Shown: positions 51,080 to 63,400 of the stretch, piece by piece
Layout: the number at the start of each line of letters is the position of its first letter
Position numbering within the stretch: position 1 is the first letter of the stretch
Origin: Macrostomum hystrix
Lineage: Eukaryota; Animalia; Platyhelminthes
Reading direction: 5' to 3'
Assembly (NCBI GenBank): GCA_950097015.1
Contig: CATNEN010000039.1
Coordinates: forward strand, 7,192,001 to 7,256,000
DNA: 64,000 nt
Program-made: the position numbers and the translations under genes
Notes under the pieces: generated by a model
Databases searched by the model: none
What the model was told of the DNA's origin: nothing
What the model saw: the letters and a program-made list of their open reading frames with translations, nothing else

Positions 51080-51595
51080 AGGTATCTGGGCAAGCGGGTT
51101 GTGACTGTCTTCTGTCCCTGTAGCAGCAATGCTGTCTGCTGGTATCTGGGCAAGCGGGTTGTGACTGTCTTCTGTCCCTGTAGCAGCAATGCTGTCTGCT
51201 GGTATCTGGGCAAGCGGGTTGTGACTGTCTTCTGTCCCTGTAGCAGCAATGCTGTCTGCTGGTATCTGGACAAGCGGGTTGTGACTGTCTTCTGTCCCTG
51301 TAGCAGCAATGCTGTCTGCTGGTATCTGGGCAAGCGGGTTGTGACTGTCTTCTGTCCTTGTAGCAGCAATGCTGTCTGCTGGTATCTGGGCAAGCGGGTT
51401 GTGACTGTCTTCTGTCCCTGTAGCAGCAATGCTGTCTGCTGGTATCTGGGCAAGCGGGTTGTGACTGTCTTCTGTCCCTGTAGCAGCAATGCTGTCTGCT
51501 GGTATCTGGGCAAGCGGGTTGTGACTGTCTTCTGTCCCTGTAGCAGCAATGCTGTCTGCTGGTATCTGGGCAAGCGGGTTGTGACTGTCTTCTGC
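51080..51595. repeat. 60-bp near-perfect tandem repeat
   Basis: About 8.6 copies, GGTATCTGGGCAAGCGGGTTGTGACTG... Confidence 0.97.
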
Positions 51596-51826
51596 CACCG
51601 AAGCATTGGATTTTGTTATCCCAAAATAACAAACAAAGTCGGTAGCAAATTCATTGATAGTTCAGAAGTTTAAAAGAATCGTTGACAGCTAAAGTCCATT
51701 CGAATCAACAAATAATAGTGTATTTATATTGCACCGAAATCAATGCAAAAGTCAGAGCTAGACCTGTGACTGAGCGGATAAAATCAAGGATTCAAGTCAG
51801 GAATCATCGAGGCCATATCAAAGCCA

Positions 51827-53625
51827 TCAGGCCACAGAGAAGGTCATCTCCAGCACGTCGTCGATGCCCGCGCGAATCACATCGCCGGCCTTGACTGGCC
51901 CGACACCCGACGGCGTACCGGTCAGGAGGATGTCGCCGGGCTCCACGGAGATCCTGGCTGCCACGAAGGCCAGCAGGCGGGGCACGGGGAACAGCATCTG
52001 GCTCAGCTGGCCGCTCTGGCGCTCCTGCTCGTTGACGCGAAGCCACAGCCGGGTGTGGGGCCCGATGGAACTGGGCTGCAGTGGGGGGTCCTGGGCGCTG
52101 ATTGGACAGGAAGTATCGAAGCACTTGGCCAGCGTCCAGGGCAGGCCGGCCGACTTCAAACGGTCCTGCGGAGTTTGTCGAGTTCGAGGCAGGTAGTAAT
52201 GATAATACTTGCAGGCAGGAGGCTGCGGGCACTGCCACAGAAATTCTACATATTTAACTCACCGCTGAGAATAAATACAAGCCCCAAGCCATTCTCTCCG
52301 CGGCTGCGCCAAAAATTAATGCGGCTCACCAGTCTATTAGTGCGTGAGTCTGGCACCACCAGTCAACCAGCTCACCTGCATGAGTCTGTCAGTCATGTCC
52401 AAGCACAGAGTGTAGCCAGCCACAGCGGCCATGGCCTCCTCATCGGTCACAGCCGGTCCAGACAGCCGCTTGCCGATGATAACGGCCAGCTCGACTTCGT
52501 GATGAATCTCGCTGGTGTTGGGCGGCAGCCGGATGGGCCCGCTGCCCTCCAGCAGCAGCGAGGAGGCCGGCTTCATGAAGATGACCGGCTCGCTAGGCAC
52601 CCGATTGCCAAGCTCGGCGGCATGTTCGGCGTAGTTTCTGCCCACCGCAATGATCTTGCGGCACGAGCGAATTATGCTGGCCTGCAAGTTGGCGCAAGGA
52701 CATATATAGGCCTGCTTAAGTGCAATCTTGGAGCGGTGCGGCTGACTTGTGCGAGGAAGAGTTTTATGGGTGAGTATACAGTGAGAGTGGTTGGGTGTTT
52801 TGTGATTTGTGGATGGAATGCGCTTTGTAGGCGAGTGTACATCGGGAGTAGTCACTTGTGCATTGAAGCCTTCTATGGTCGAGTGTACATCGGGTGGGGT
52901 GAGTCACTTGTGCATTGAAGCATTCTATGGTCGAGTGTACATCGGGAGTGGGGTGGAGGACTTGTGCATTGAAGCATTCTATGGTCGAGTGTACATCGGG
53001 AGTGGGGTGGAGGACTTGTGCATTGAAGCATTCTATGGTCGAGTGTACATATGGAGTGGGGTGGAGGACTTGTGCATTGAAGCACTCTATGGTCGAGTGT
53101 ACATCGGGAGTGGGGTGGGGGACTTGTGCATTGAAGCATTGTACTTTCGAGTGTACAGTGGGAATGGGGTGGGTGAAGTCTGGCTTCAACGGAGTTATTA
53201 ATTGGCTTCAGATAAAGTACACTGTGAAGACTATAATGGATACAAAAAAGCAGAAACGGATAAAAAACCAAATAATTCTGAAATTCTCGCACGCAAAATA
53301 TCAATAATCACTCTGTTGACTGATTCATGATTGATTCGTTAGTGCCATTTTGCGACAATATACTCGACTTAAATTCCATTTTATATTTGTTGCAGTTAAT
53401 GGAAATTTTATATACTATCAGAAGACACAGGTAGCATTGAAAATTCATGAGTTAATGACTGATTTAACAATTTAACATTGGCGACAGTGAAACAACAAGC
53501 AGGATTATTAAGTACAAGGAGCAGTCAGTCGCTAGCAAGAATCTGGAGGCAATTCTACTAATCACATGTAGTGAGGCTACTTATTAAGTAGTATGCAGAT
53601 TTATACATATTTTGTTACGTACCAT
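51827..53625 (-). CDS. FAHD1: Fumarylacetoacetate hydrolase domain-containing protein 1 (acylpyruvase / oxaloacetate decarboxylase)
   Basis: Exons 52681-52376 and 52165-51827, plus a putative ATG-only coding exon at 53625-53623 (ATG|GTACGT). Motifs KIIAVGRNYAEH..E, FMKP, HHEVELAVIIG, GYTLCLDMT, GLPWTLAKCFD, EPGDILLTGTPSGVG. Confidence 0.9.
52195..52325 (-). mobile_element. SINE family B fragment inside the FAHD1 intron
   Basis: Reverse complement contains GGCGCAGCCGCGGAGAGAATGGCTTGGGGCTTGT and CAGTGCCCGCAGCCTCCTGC plus a TAT tail. Confidence 0.7.
52830..53175. repeat. ~60-bp tandem repeat
   Basis: About 6 copies of ACTTGTGCATTGAAGCATTCTATGGTCGAGTGTACATCGGGAGTGGGG. Confidence 0.9.
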
Positions 53626-53879
53626 GAAGAGTGGAAAGTTTTGCCAAAAACAGATGAGATTTGAAGACTGAGTAATGGGAGCGATCAACTCGAGTACCAG
53701 TAAAATTGCCACTTTTTTGCCATTTGGCGACTGGGAAAAATACACATATTTTAACAAGTAATACGTTGAGAGTATTGTGTTGCTGGTGTGAAATCAAGAT
53801 GGTGGATGGGTTTTGGTTTATGTGGAGTGGGGTTGGTGCAAAATGCACATTTAGAAAATTGGGATTGGCTCAATACGAG

Positions 53880-54190
53880 CGAATGCACATTAAAAGTGCA
53901 GGATTGGCCTGAAGCTCTAATGTACATCAAAGAAGTGAGGATAGACAAGAGTAAATTGCATTAGAGGAGTGAGGTTGGCCAAGCGGGAATGTAATTTATA
54001 GGAGTAAGGTTGTCAAAAGCGTGAATGTACATTAGGGAGAGGAGTGAGGTTGGCCAAGTGTGAATGTACATTAGAGAGAGGAGTGAGGTTGGCCAAGTGT
54101 GAATGTACATTAGAGAGAGGAGTGAGGTTGGGCAGGCGAGAATGTACATTTAAAGAGTGGGGTTGGTCTGAAAGTTGAATGTACATTCGA
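53880..54190. repeat. ~39-bp degenerate tandem repeat
   Basis: Recurring GAATGTACATTAGAGAGAGGAGTGAGGTTGGCCAAG. Confidence 0.8.
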
Positions 54191-54333
54191 AGAGTGAGCT
54201 AAATTAAGAACACATGTGTAAGAGACATTTACGATTTTCACGAACGAATTTGGAATAAGCCTCAAAGAATACAAATAGGTGAGTTTGGAAGAAGTTTCAA
54301 AATTTCAGAGTCGGTTTATGCGCAGACAGTTGA

Positions 54334-57300
54334 TCACCGTTTCTTCTTGGCCACCGTGGAGGAAAACTGCGCCCTCAGGCCGTTCATCTCGTCCTCCTTG
54401 CGCTCCAGCTGACGGTTGAGCTCGCTGACGTGATCGGAGATGGCGGCCAGCTGCTCCTCGTAGTTGCGCCGCGTCGTCTCAAACTCTTCGCGGCACTGGA
54501 AAGCGGCGTCTTTGAGTCCCGCCGCCTCGTTTAGAGCCAGCAGAAGGCGCTGATTGGCTGTCTTGGCGGACAGCTGGGCGTGCATGAGGCGCGAGTCCAG
54601 GCGCTGCAGGGCCGCCTCGGATTCGGCGCATTTGGTTTCTAAGAAAGCCGCCCGCAGCTGGGCCACGGCTGCCAAGGATGAGTCATCGTCTGCGATTGAC
54701 GCAAATGCGGGACTTGACTGCTGCTGCTGCTGCTGCTCCGGAGTCTGAGGCGGGGTTGGCTGCAGCGCGGACGTTGTTGGAGGCGATGGAGACGACTGCT
54801 TGGTGCCCATGCGAGTTGACATCATCTGGACAGTTAAGTTATGGCAGCAAGGTAGAGAAAGGACAGGGAGGGTTGTGTGATAATAATATTCTTGGGGGGT
54901 TGTGGACACTGGCTCAAACCTGAGCACACATAGGCTCATGGCTACCTATGCAGGTTTGGGCCTCGCCGCGGATTCGAGCTCAGGGGCCTTGGTGCGAGAG
55001 CCCGGTCAGAGTAAGGGTTGAGAGAAGAGGTAGAGCTGGCAATGCTAACCTGAGCCTCCAGCATCCATCGCTCCCGGTCCTTCTCCAGCTGGGCAATGCG
55101 AGCCTGCTGACTGCTCAGCCGGGACTCCATCAGCGCCAGCTGGTCCTGCTTCCGCTGAAGCTCCTCGCGCAGCCCGGCCAGCTCTGCGGCGACGGCGGCT
55201 TTCGCAGCTTCATCGGCTTCAGCAGCGGTGGGCGAGGCGGACACTGTTGTGTTTGCTGATTGTGACGGCGGCGACGGCGACAATGAGCGGGCGTTAGTAA
55301 CATTATTACCGCCGGCAGAGGACAATGTTGCAGAGGAGAACATCAGGCGGGAGGCGATCAGGTCACAGTGCTCGCTCACCTGCAGGAAAATGTCAGGGCA
55401 AATGACATTTGACAGATAATGACATTTGACAGATAATGACATTTGACAGATAATGACATTTGACAGATAATGACATTTGACAGATAATGACATTTGACAG
55501 ATAATGACATTTGATAGATAATGACATTTGACAGATAATGACATTTGACAGATAATGACATTTGACAGATAATGACATTTGATAGATAATGACATTTGAT
55601 AGATAATGACATTTGATAGATAATGATATTTGATAGATAATGACATTTGATAGATAATGACATCTGACAGATAATGGAAGTTGAAATAACATTTGACAGG
55701 TAATGGCAGATAATCACAATTTGAAATCTGACATAATGAAATTTTTCTGACAATACGCTCGTATGACATTTGACAGCAGGTGACAATTGGCATCAATTGC
55801 CAGTTGATAGTCCCGTGTCGCTAGCTCACGCCAAATGCCAAACGCAAAGTACAAGTGTACCCACCTGAGCAGCCAGAAGGTCGGCTTTGGCTAGCAGGGC
55901 GGCAGCCGCGGTGAGGCAGGCCCTGTTCCCGGACCCGATTTCGTCAGCTACTCGCAGAGCCGCCTCAGCGTTGGCTTTTCTTTCGCAGGCGTCGAACACT
56001 CGTCGGCAGGCCGTGGCCAAGTCACCGAAGCGCCGTTTGACACAGTCGGCCAGCTGACTGCGCGATGCCATAGCCGGCGAGGACTCCGCAGTCTTGTCTA
56101 ATCTGGCCAAGGCGCGCAGAGCGTCGGGCAAGTCGGCAGTCAGGCTGCGGCAGAGGTCGGCATTCACGGACTGCAGCTCAGGGGACAGGTGCTCGGCGGA
56201 CACGGCGGCAAACAGCGGCTCGGCCAGGTCAGCCAGACGGTCTGCCAGCAGCGGGCAGAGGTGCAGCAGCGCCAGCAGCTGTGTGTCGGTGGCCAGCTCG
56301 GGCCTATCGGCTGGCAGCTCCGAGCACAGGGCTCGAGCCGCGGCAACGCAGGCCCGCAGCTGCCGGCTGGCCGGCTCAGTCCAGCTGCCGGCTGAGCGGA
56401 GGCGGGCCTCGGTGTGCAGATGAAGGTCGACCAGCGATTTCAGCGCCCTGACCAGGTTGGGAGTGTGGCTGCGAGTCCACTCGGACCAGCGGCGTGCGAT
56501 CTGGAGCGGGCGGGCGGAATCGCATTTAGCTCATTGCTTTATCAGATATCCACTGAATGAGAGAGGTCAGGAGTTCGAATCGCATTTATTTGGGGCGCTG
56601 CCGCGAAGAGAAGGCTTGGGGGGCTTGTCGTGCAATTTACGCCCTTGACGCCTGCGTACAGTATCTGTGTGCGTGTGTGCTCACGAGTCAGCGAAATCGA
56701 ATGTGGAGGCAGGAGGCAGAATTGCCTCCTCGCTGGCTTCAGGTCAAGTATCACCAAATGATGTGCCACTGCCCGCAGCTCTCCTGCAAAAAGTTATTAT
56801 TTATTATACAGCTGGGGTAGAAGATTGAATGGGATCTCCCGCATCTGTCCACGGACTGAAATTCTGTACACAGTCTTTGCAAGCTGCGGCAGGCTGGCTT
56901 GGGCAATGCGGATAATCGAGATTTTTACAATTAACAAATATAACGAAGAACAAGGAGTTTCAATTCCAAGGTCCATTTCATACCTGAGCCTCCTCCGAGT
57001 CCCTGAGCAGTCCGGACAGCAGCTCAGCGTCGCGTCTGAGTCCCGCAGACTCGTCTAGCGCCTCGGCAAGCGCCTTGGCCGCTGACTCCGACCTAGCCGC
57101 AGCCGCAGCAGCTTCCGCCGCCAGCCGGTCGCACTCGGCTCTGGCCAGCCGGCGAGCCTCGGCGGCTTCGCTCAGGGCGGCATCGCGGGCCGCCTTTGCC
57201 AACGCCGCGGCTTCCTCAGCCGCCGACAGCTCATCGGCCTGGCGCTCCGCAGCGGCTTTGGCGGCTTCTTGGCGCGTCAGCAGCTCCTGGTGCAGGCGGG

Positions 57301-58280
57301 CGTTCTCCTCGATCTTGCGCTGCAGCTCCTCCTCCAGGACTGGATCGCCGGCTGCTGATTCGAAGAGAAGGAGGCAGAATAATTACTGACAATAGCCTGC
57401 TGATACTACTGCTCATACTACTGACGATTGGAGCAATAATTACTGACAATAGCCTGCTGATACTACTGCTCATACTACTGACGATTGGAGCTCACCACGA
57501 TAATTACATCTCTATTATCCCGTACTCAAATCACAATCACTCAAATTTATTCTATACCCTACTCAAACTACTAGTCCCTACCCGAATTACTATTCCCAAT
57601 TCAAACCAATAATGTCTAGTATCCCCTACTCAAATGTATACTATACCCTACTCAAATGTATACTACACCCTACTCAAATGAATACTATACCCTACTCAAA
57701 CTACTAACCCCTACTCAAATTAATATTCCCTACTCAAATTAATATTCCCTACTCAAATTACCATCCCCAACTCAAATGTTTACTATCCCCTACTCAAATG
57801 TATACTATACCCTACTCAAACTACTAACCCCTACTCAAATCACTAGCTTTATACTCAAATCTTTCCTCTTAACACAGGCGCCATTTCCTCACCCCCAGGT
57901 CTGTGCTTGGATCCGCCACCGCCGCCACCGTGCTGATGCTGCAGCCGCCGCAGAGCCTCCAGTGACTCCTGCAGCTGGTCAACCCGTGCCTGCAGCTGCC
58001 GATTGAGCAGCCCAAGCGAGTCGGCTTCAACCTCGCGCTTTCTCAGCGTCTGCTTAGCCGTATTCAATTCCTCGGTGAGCTGAGCACTTCGCTTCTGCTC
58101 TTCCAGTACGCCGCTCTTCAGCACAATGACCTGCTGGCGGGCCTTGCTGTACTCGATGGCCAGCCGTTGGTAGCGCTCCTGAGTGGCGCTGCCGCTGGGA
58201 CTCGGGCTGGCACTGCTGGGGCCAGGGCTGAGGCCCGGAGTGCCAGTCAGGTGATTCTGGCGCTGCTGCTGCTGACTCAT
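54334..58280 (-). CDS. PPP1R21: Protein phosphatase 1 regulatory subunit 21 (KLRAQ / FERRY subunit), ~738 aa
   Basis: Exons 58280-57893, 57354-56984, 56500-55865, 55379-55050, 54825-54334 with compatible phases. N-terminal RYQRLAIEYSKARQQVIVLKSGVLEEQ and EEELQRKIEENARLH; C-terminal ETTRRNYEEQLAAISDH (TTKRSYEDQ-type motif). Confidence 0.9.
55400..55780. repeat. 17-bp minisatellite (GACATTTGACAGATAAT)
   Basis: Tandem copies abutting an acceptor in PPP1R21. Confidence 0.93.
56550..56810 (+). mobile_element. SINE family B, internally deleted copy in a PPP1R21 intron
   Basis: GAGTTCGAATC B box, CATTTATTTGGGGCGC..AGAAGGCTTGGGG..GTCGTGCAATTTACGCC, GTACAGTATCTGTGTGCGTGTGTGCTCA and TTA tail. Confidence 0.8.
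57378..57845. repeat. 60-bp duplication followed by a degenerate CCCTACTCAAA array (PPP1R21 intron 1)
   Basis: Two copies of AATAATTACTGACAATAGCCTGCTG..., then repeated TACCCTACTCAAA. Confidence 0.8.
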
Positions 58281-58459
58281 TTGGACCCAGCTCTGATACT
58301 GGCTAGAATACTGAGACCCGACTCTTCAGTGCTGAAAGTTTTTTTGGAAAAAATTGAAACTTTATGGAACGAAATGTCATTAAAGCAGAGATTTTAATAA
58401 GGCAACACTTAACAAAGCAAGTGAGCAATTATTAACTTTAAATTTTAATTAGGCAAATT

Positions 58460-59220
58460 TTCCGAAACTCTACAGAACCGAAAAATCCCGAATCTTCACA
58501 GAACCGAAAAATTCCGAAACTCCACAGAAGCGGAAAATCCCGAAACTCTAAAGAACCAAAAAATCACAAAATTCAACAGAACCGAAAAAACGAAACTTCA
58601 CCGAAAAAAAGCAAACAAAACCCCACAGAACCGAAAAATCTCGAAACTCAACCGAAGCCGAAAATCCCGAAACTTCACAGAGACGAAAAATCCCGAAACC
58701 CCACAGAACCAAAAAATCCCGAAACCCCACAGAACTAAAAAATCCCGAAACCCCACAGAACCGAAAAATCCCGAAACTCTAAGAACCGAAAAATTCCGAA
58801 ACTCCACAGAAGCGGAAAATCCCGAAACTCTAAGAACCGAAAATTCCCGAATCTTCACAGAACCGAAAAATTCCGAAACTCCACAGAAGCGGAAAATCCC
58901 GAAACTCCAAAGAACCAAAAAATCACTAAACTCAACAGAACCGAAAAAAACGAAACTTCACCGAACAAAAAAGCAACTAAAACTCCACAAAAAAAATCCC
59001 GAAACCCCACAGAACCGAAAAATCCCGAAACCCCACGGAACCGAAAAATCCCGAAACCCCACAGAACCGAAAAATCCCGAAACTCTAAAGAACCGAAAAA
59101 TCCCGAAACTCTAAAGAACCGAAAAATCCCGGAACTCTAAAGAACCGAAAAATGCCGAAACTCAACAGAACTGAAAAATCCCGAAACTCAACAGAACCGA
59201 AATAAAAAGCCGAAACACCC
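58460..59220. repeat. ~27-bp degenerate minisatellite (CACAGAACCGAAAAATCCCGAAAC)
   Basis: About 27 copies between the APP-like gene and PPP1R21. Confidence 0.9.
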
Positions 59221-60413
59221 CAGGAAGAAAATAAACTACCTGAAACACCCGCGAGATTTATATACGTAAAGCCGTGGAGGGCTTTAGCCATCCGAAAATA
59301 AAACGAAATGAATGAGCCTCAATTATTGCAAGAATAAATCTAGAATTCCAAATTATTTCGGAAAAATTGTAACTCAAATAAATATAGAACACTCGAATGA
59401 TCACTTGTTGGAGATATCTTGTGAGGTATGTGTAAACTTCTTGTGGGGTATGTATATTTTTTGTTAAAATTTAGAAGATTTTTTATCGTCATAGTTTCAC
59501 ATTCCTGATCAAACATTTAAAATAACCTGATGAAATATAGTGACAGAACGATGGGGTTTTGATTCTGTTTAAAACTTTGTTAGTTCATAATTTTAACAAA
59601 ATTTAAAAGATTTCGTTGCAACCAGTAATAAAATGAACAACATGCTCGACAAAAAAATCAAAATTGTCTTATTTTTTTCGAGAAATTCGTGTAGCAAATA
59701 AACTGGGCAAAAAGGTGCTAAGTTTAATGTTGTCCGTAGTATTAATTGATAGTCATATTTACATGATGTGTTAATAAAATAAACAGGAAATTTTGCATAG
59801 CCGTGTTCACAAACAATTAATAAAAAGTTTAATTTGTTAGCTCAGTGGAATTTTTTGAATCGCATTCTGTGCATATACTACTACACGGAAGAGTAGTAAA
59901 TAAGTATTAACTAATTATCAATAAAGCGTGCTAATATAAGAATATAAGACAGAATTATAAACGCGAACACTAGATACATGAGTTTGCTAGTTTATTTGAA
60001 GCTGCGATCTAAAAAGCAGAGAATAAAAGCTGTTTAAAATGGTAAACAGAAAAAGCATAAAACCAATTGTGCAGATATGATAAGATTATTGAAAAAAAGT
60101 GATAATAAAAAATTAAATTTAGACGTAAAACGCGTACTACACTACTGATCTAAAAAAGAGTACAACGTCGAGTAGTATAGTTACAAAATCTTACTCAATG
60201 GACCCTTAGGGGCGTTTTCATAAAAATGTTGCTTCTTGAATATATTTAAACACTTGAAATTGTTAATAAAAAAACAAACAGACAGCTGTTCAGAGGAACG
60301 CAAACAGAAAAACAAGCAATAACGGAAAAAACACAAACTAAAATTGTCTTTTTTTCTCAGAAACGAAATTCTTTCGCCATTGTCTAAAGAATCCTCACAA
60401 CTGCTCAGCGGAA

Positions 60414-63400
60414 TCACTTCTCCTCGTAGAATTTGTAGGTGGGATTCTCGTATCCGTTCACCTGCATGCTGGCCAGGTGGGCATCGCCAAGGTAGGCCTT
60501 CTCCGGATGCAGAGTGGGATAGCTGTACGGGGCGTCGCAGCATCGCCTAGCCGAGGTTGGCTCATCGTCGTCAACTAGGGACAGCTTGTAGCCCTTGCCT
60601 GACTTGACATTGGCGCCGTAGACGGTGCGACAGATACGCACGGTGACAAAGATGACAACCAGGGTTAGTAGGAAGGCCAGCGAGCAGAAAATGACGACAA
60701 AGATTAGAGACTGATTCGGATGGCGCCTCTGAGTTTGCTGCTCGGCCGAGGTTGATTCGTAGGACACAGGCGAAGCTTCTTCCTGACGGTGCTTGTCGTT
60801 GATGTGGCGAACGGCATCCGGATCAATCTCTAGGTCGTGCTGGCGCGGATGCTGGCGCGGGCTGGAGGCGGGCAGCGCGTGGACGCGGAACTGTTTGACA
60901 ATGCGAGAGCTCCGCTCATGGTAGAGACGCAGCAGGTTGTCGAAGCGCTCATCAAGCCTGGAAGGTAAGACAGAGAAAACTATGATTTTATTATGTGGAA
61001 TCCTGTCAGCAGGAGTGACTAATGGATAGCCAGAACTGTCAGTAGGAGTGACTCATGGATAGCCAGAACTGTCAGTAGGAGTGACTCATGGATAGCCAGA
61101 ACTGTCAGTAGGAGTGACTAATGGATAGCCAGAACTGTCAGCTGGAGTGACTAATGGATAGCCAGAACTGTCAGCAGGAGTGACTAATGGATAGCCAGAA
61201 CTGTCAGCAGGAGTGACTAATGGATAGCCAGAACTGTCAGCAGGAGTGACTAATGGATAGCCAGAACTGTCAGCAGGAGTGACTAATGGATAGCCAGAAC
61301 TGTCAGCAGGAGTGACTAATGGATAGCCAGAACTGTCAGCAGGAGTGACTAATGGATAGCCAGAACTGTCAGCAGGAGTGACTAATGGATAGCCAGAACT
61401 GTCAGCAGGAGTGACTCATGGATAGCCAGAACTGTCAGCAGGAGTGACTCATGGATAGCCAGAACTGTCAGCAGGAGTGACTAATGGATAGCCAGAACTG
61501 TCAGCAGGAGTGACTAATGGATAGCCAGAACTGTCAGCTGGAGTGACTAATGGATAGCCAGAACTGTCAGCAGGAGTGACTCATGGATAGCCAGAACTGT
61601 CAGCAGGAGTGACTCATGGATAGCCAGAACTGTCAGCAGGAGTGACTCATGGATAGCCAGAACTGTCAGCAGGAGTGACTAATGGATAGCCAGAACTGTC
61701 AGCAGGAGTGACTAATGGATAGCCAGAACTGTCAGCAGGAGTGACTAATGGATAGCCAGAACTGTCAGCAGGAGTGACTCATGGATAGCCAGAACTGTCA
61801 GCAGGAGTGACTCATGGATAGCCAGAACTGTCAGCAGGAGTGACTAATGGATAGCCAGAACTGTCAGCAGGAGTCACTCATGGATAGCCAGAACTGTCAG
61901 TAGGAGTGACTCATGGATAGCCAGAACTGTCAGCAGGAGTCACTCATGGATAGCCAGAACTGTCAGCAGGAGTGACTCATGGATAGCCAGAACTGTCTTC
62001 AAGGGAGACTCATGGATATGGAGAGAAGAGATAGAAGCAATCTCGCAAGTAAACGGCGGGAGTAGCTGTTACTGAGAATAACACTATCCGACGCCTCGTC
62101 ATCTAAGCAGTAGCTAACCCCTATGAGCTTACTTCGGTGGGTAGGAATTGTCCGAGGCGCTGCTGGCGGTAGCCTCAGCCAGCTTTTTGTCGGCCTTGGC
62201 CAGGACAGACTCGTAGCGGGCGAGCTCGGCTGACACCACAGACAGGTCCAGCAGGCGGCGGAGGCCGGCGTCGGCGCCGGCGTCGTTCAAATCGGAGCGC
62301 AGAGCCGCGGCATGACGGCGCAGAGTGGCCAGGTGGGAGTTGCTGAGGTGCGCCGATAGGCGATCGGCCCGGTTGGCCAGGCGGACAATCTGGGGTGGTC
62401 ATAGGTACACGCTTGACACAACTTGGCGACAATTTTGAGGAAACAGTCCAACCGTTACAGCAGTGGTTGTAGCCTAGTGGTTAGACTTCAGCGTCGGGTT
62501 CATGACTAGAAGGCCCGGGGTTCGATTCCCGACTTTACTGGAACAGGTTATAATCTTCAGCAAGACACTTAACTTTGCTTTGCTTCAGTTCACCCGCTGT
62601 TAAGTGGGTACCAGAATCAGTTAGGGTAATAAAGGGTGGGTGTGGCGTCCCCCCAGTCCATGGACTGAACAGCGGTATGCAGCCTTCAGATGTACTCCAT
62701 TATTATTATTAATAATTAGTAGCCCAGAGACTTCCTAGGAGAGATCTAATCTCGAAGCCCAAAAAATATTTGCAGGAGGCTGCGGGCAATGGCACATCAT
62801 CACAGCAATGGCACTTCCCGCAGCCAGCGAGGAAGTGATTTTGCCCATTTCGCTGACTCCTGAGCACACACGCACACAGATACTGCACGCAGGCACACAA
62901 ACACACAGGTGTGTACATCTGCCCTGACTTTCTCATCGTCAGGCAGTGTACACTCTCACTGTGCCTTGGAGGTTGGCCCTCATAGGCGTAGATTCTACAA
63001 CAAGCCCCCAAGCCTTCTCTCAGCGGCTGCGCGCCACATGAATATTGTCCTCTCCGCGGAATCGAGCTCAGGGACCTTGGCGCGAGAGGTAAACGCGTTG
63101 CAAGCGCTCTGCCACTGACCCCCAACCTTAGCCCAAAGAAAACCGTTTGTGTCCTTTGGCAAGATTGTTTCAGTACACCTAGCATCAGCTGGGCTAGAAA
63201 TTTCGTTGAGTGTGGCGGCCACAGTCACCAGTCCACGGACTGGAGGCCCCTCGAATAGGTGTGCCTCTGCCACTGGCTTGCTGTAATTCCTACCGATCAA
63301 TTCCATTCCCTAGATTTTTCCACGCACCTCTCGCGTGATCAGGCTGGCCAGCCTTGAAAAGTATTTCTTGGCGGCCTTGGCGTTGCCCTCGGCGATGGAA

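Noticed and set aside
51080-51606. 60-bp repeat as a coding N-terminal extension or targeting peptide of FAHD1b
   Set aside because: It is open in several frames only because the unit lacks stops. The ATG at 51606 is out of frame with FAHD1b, and a good acceptor lies at 51029.
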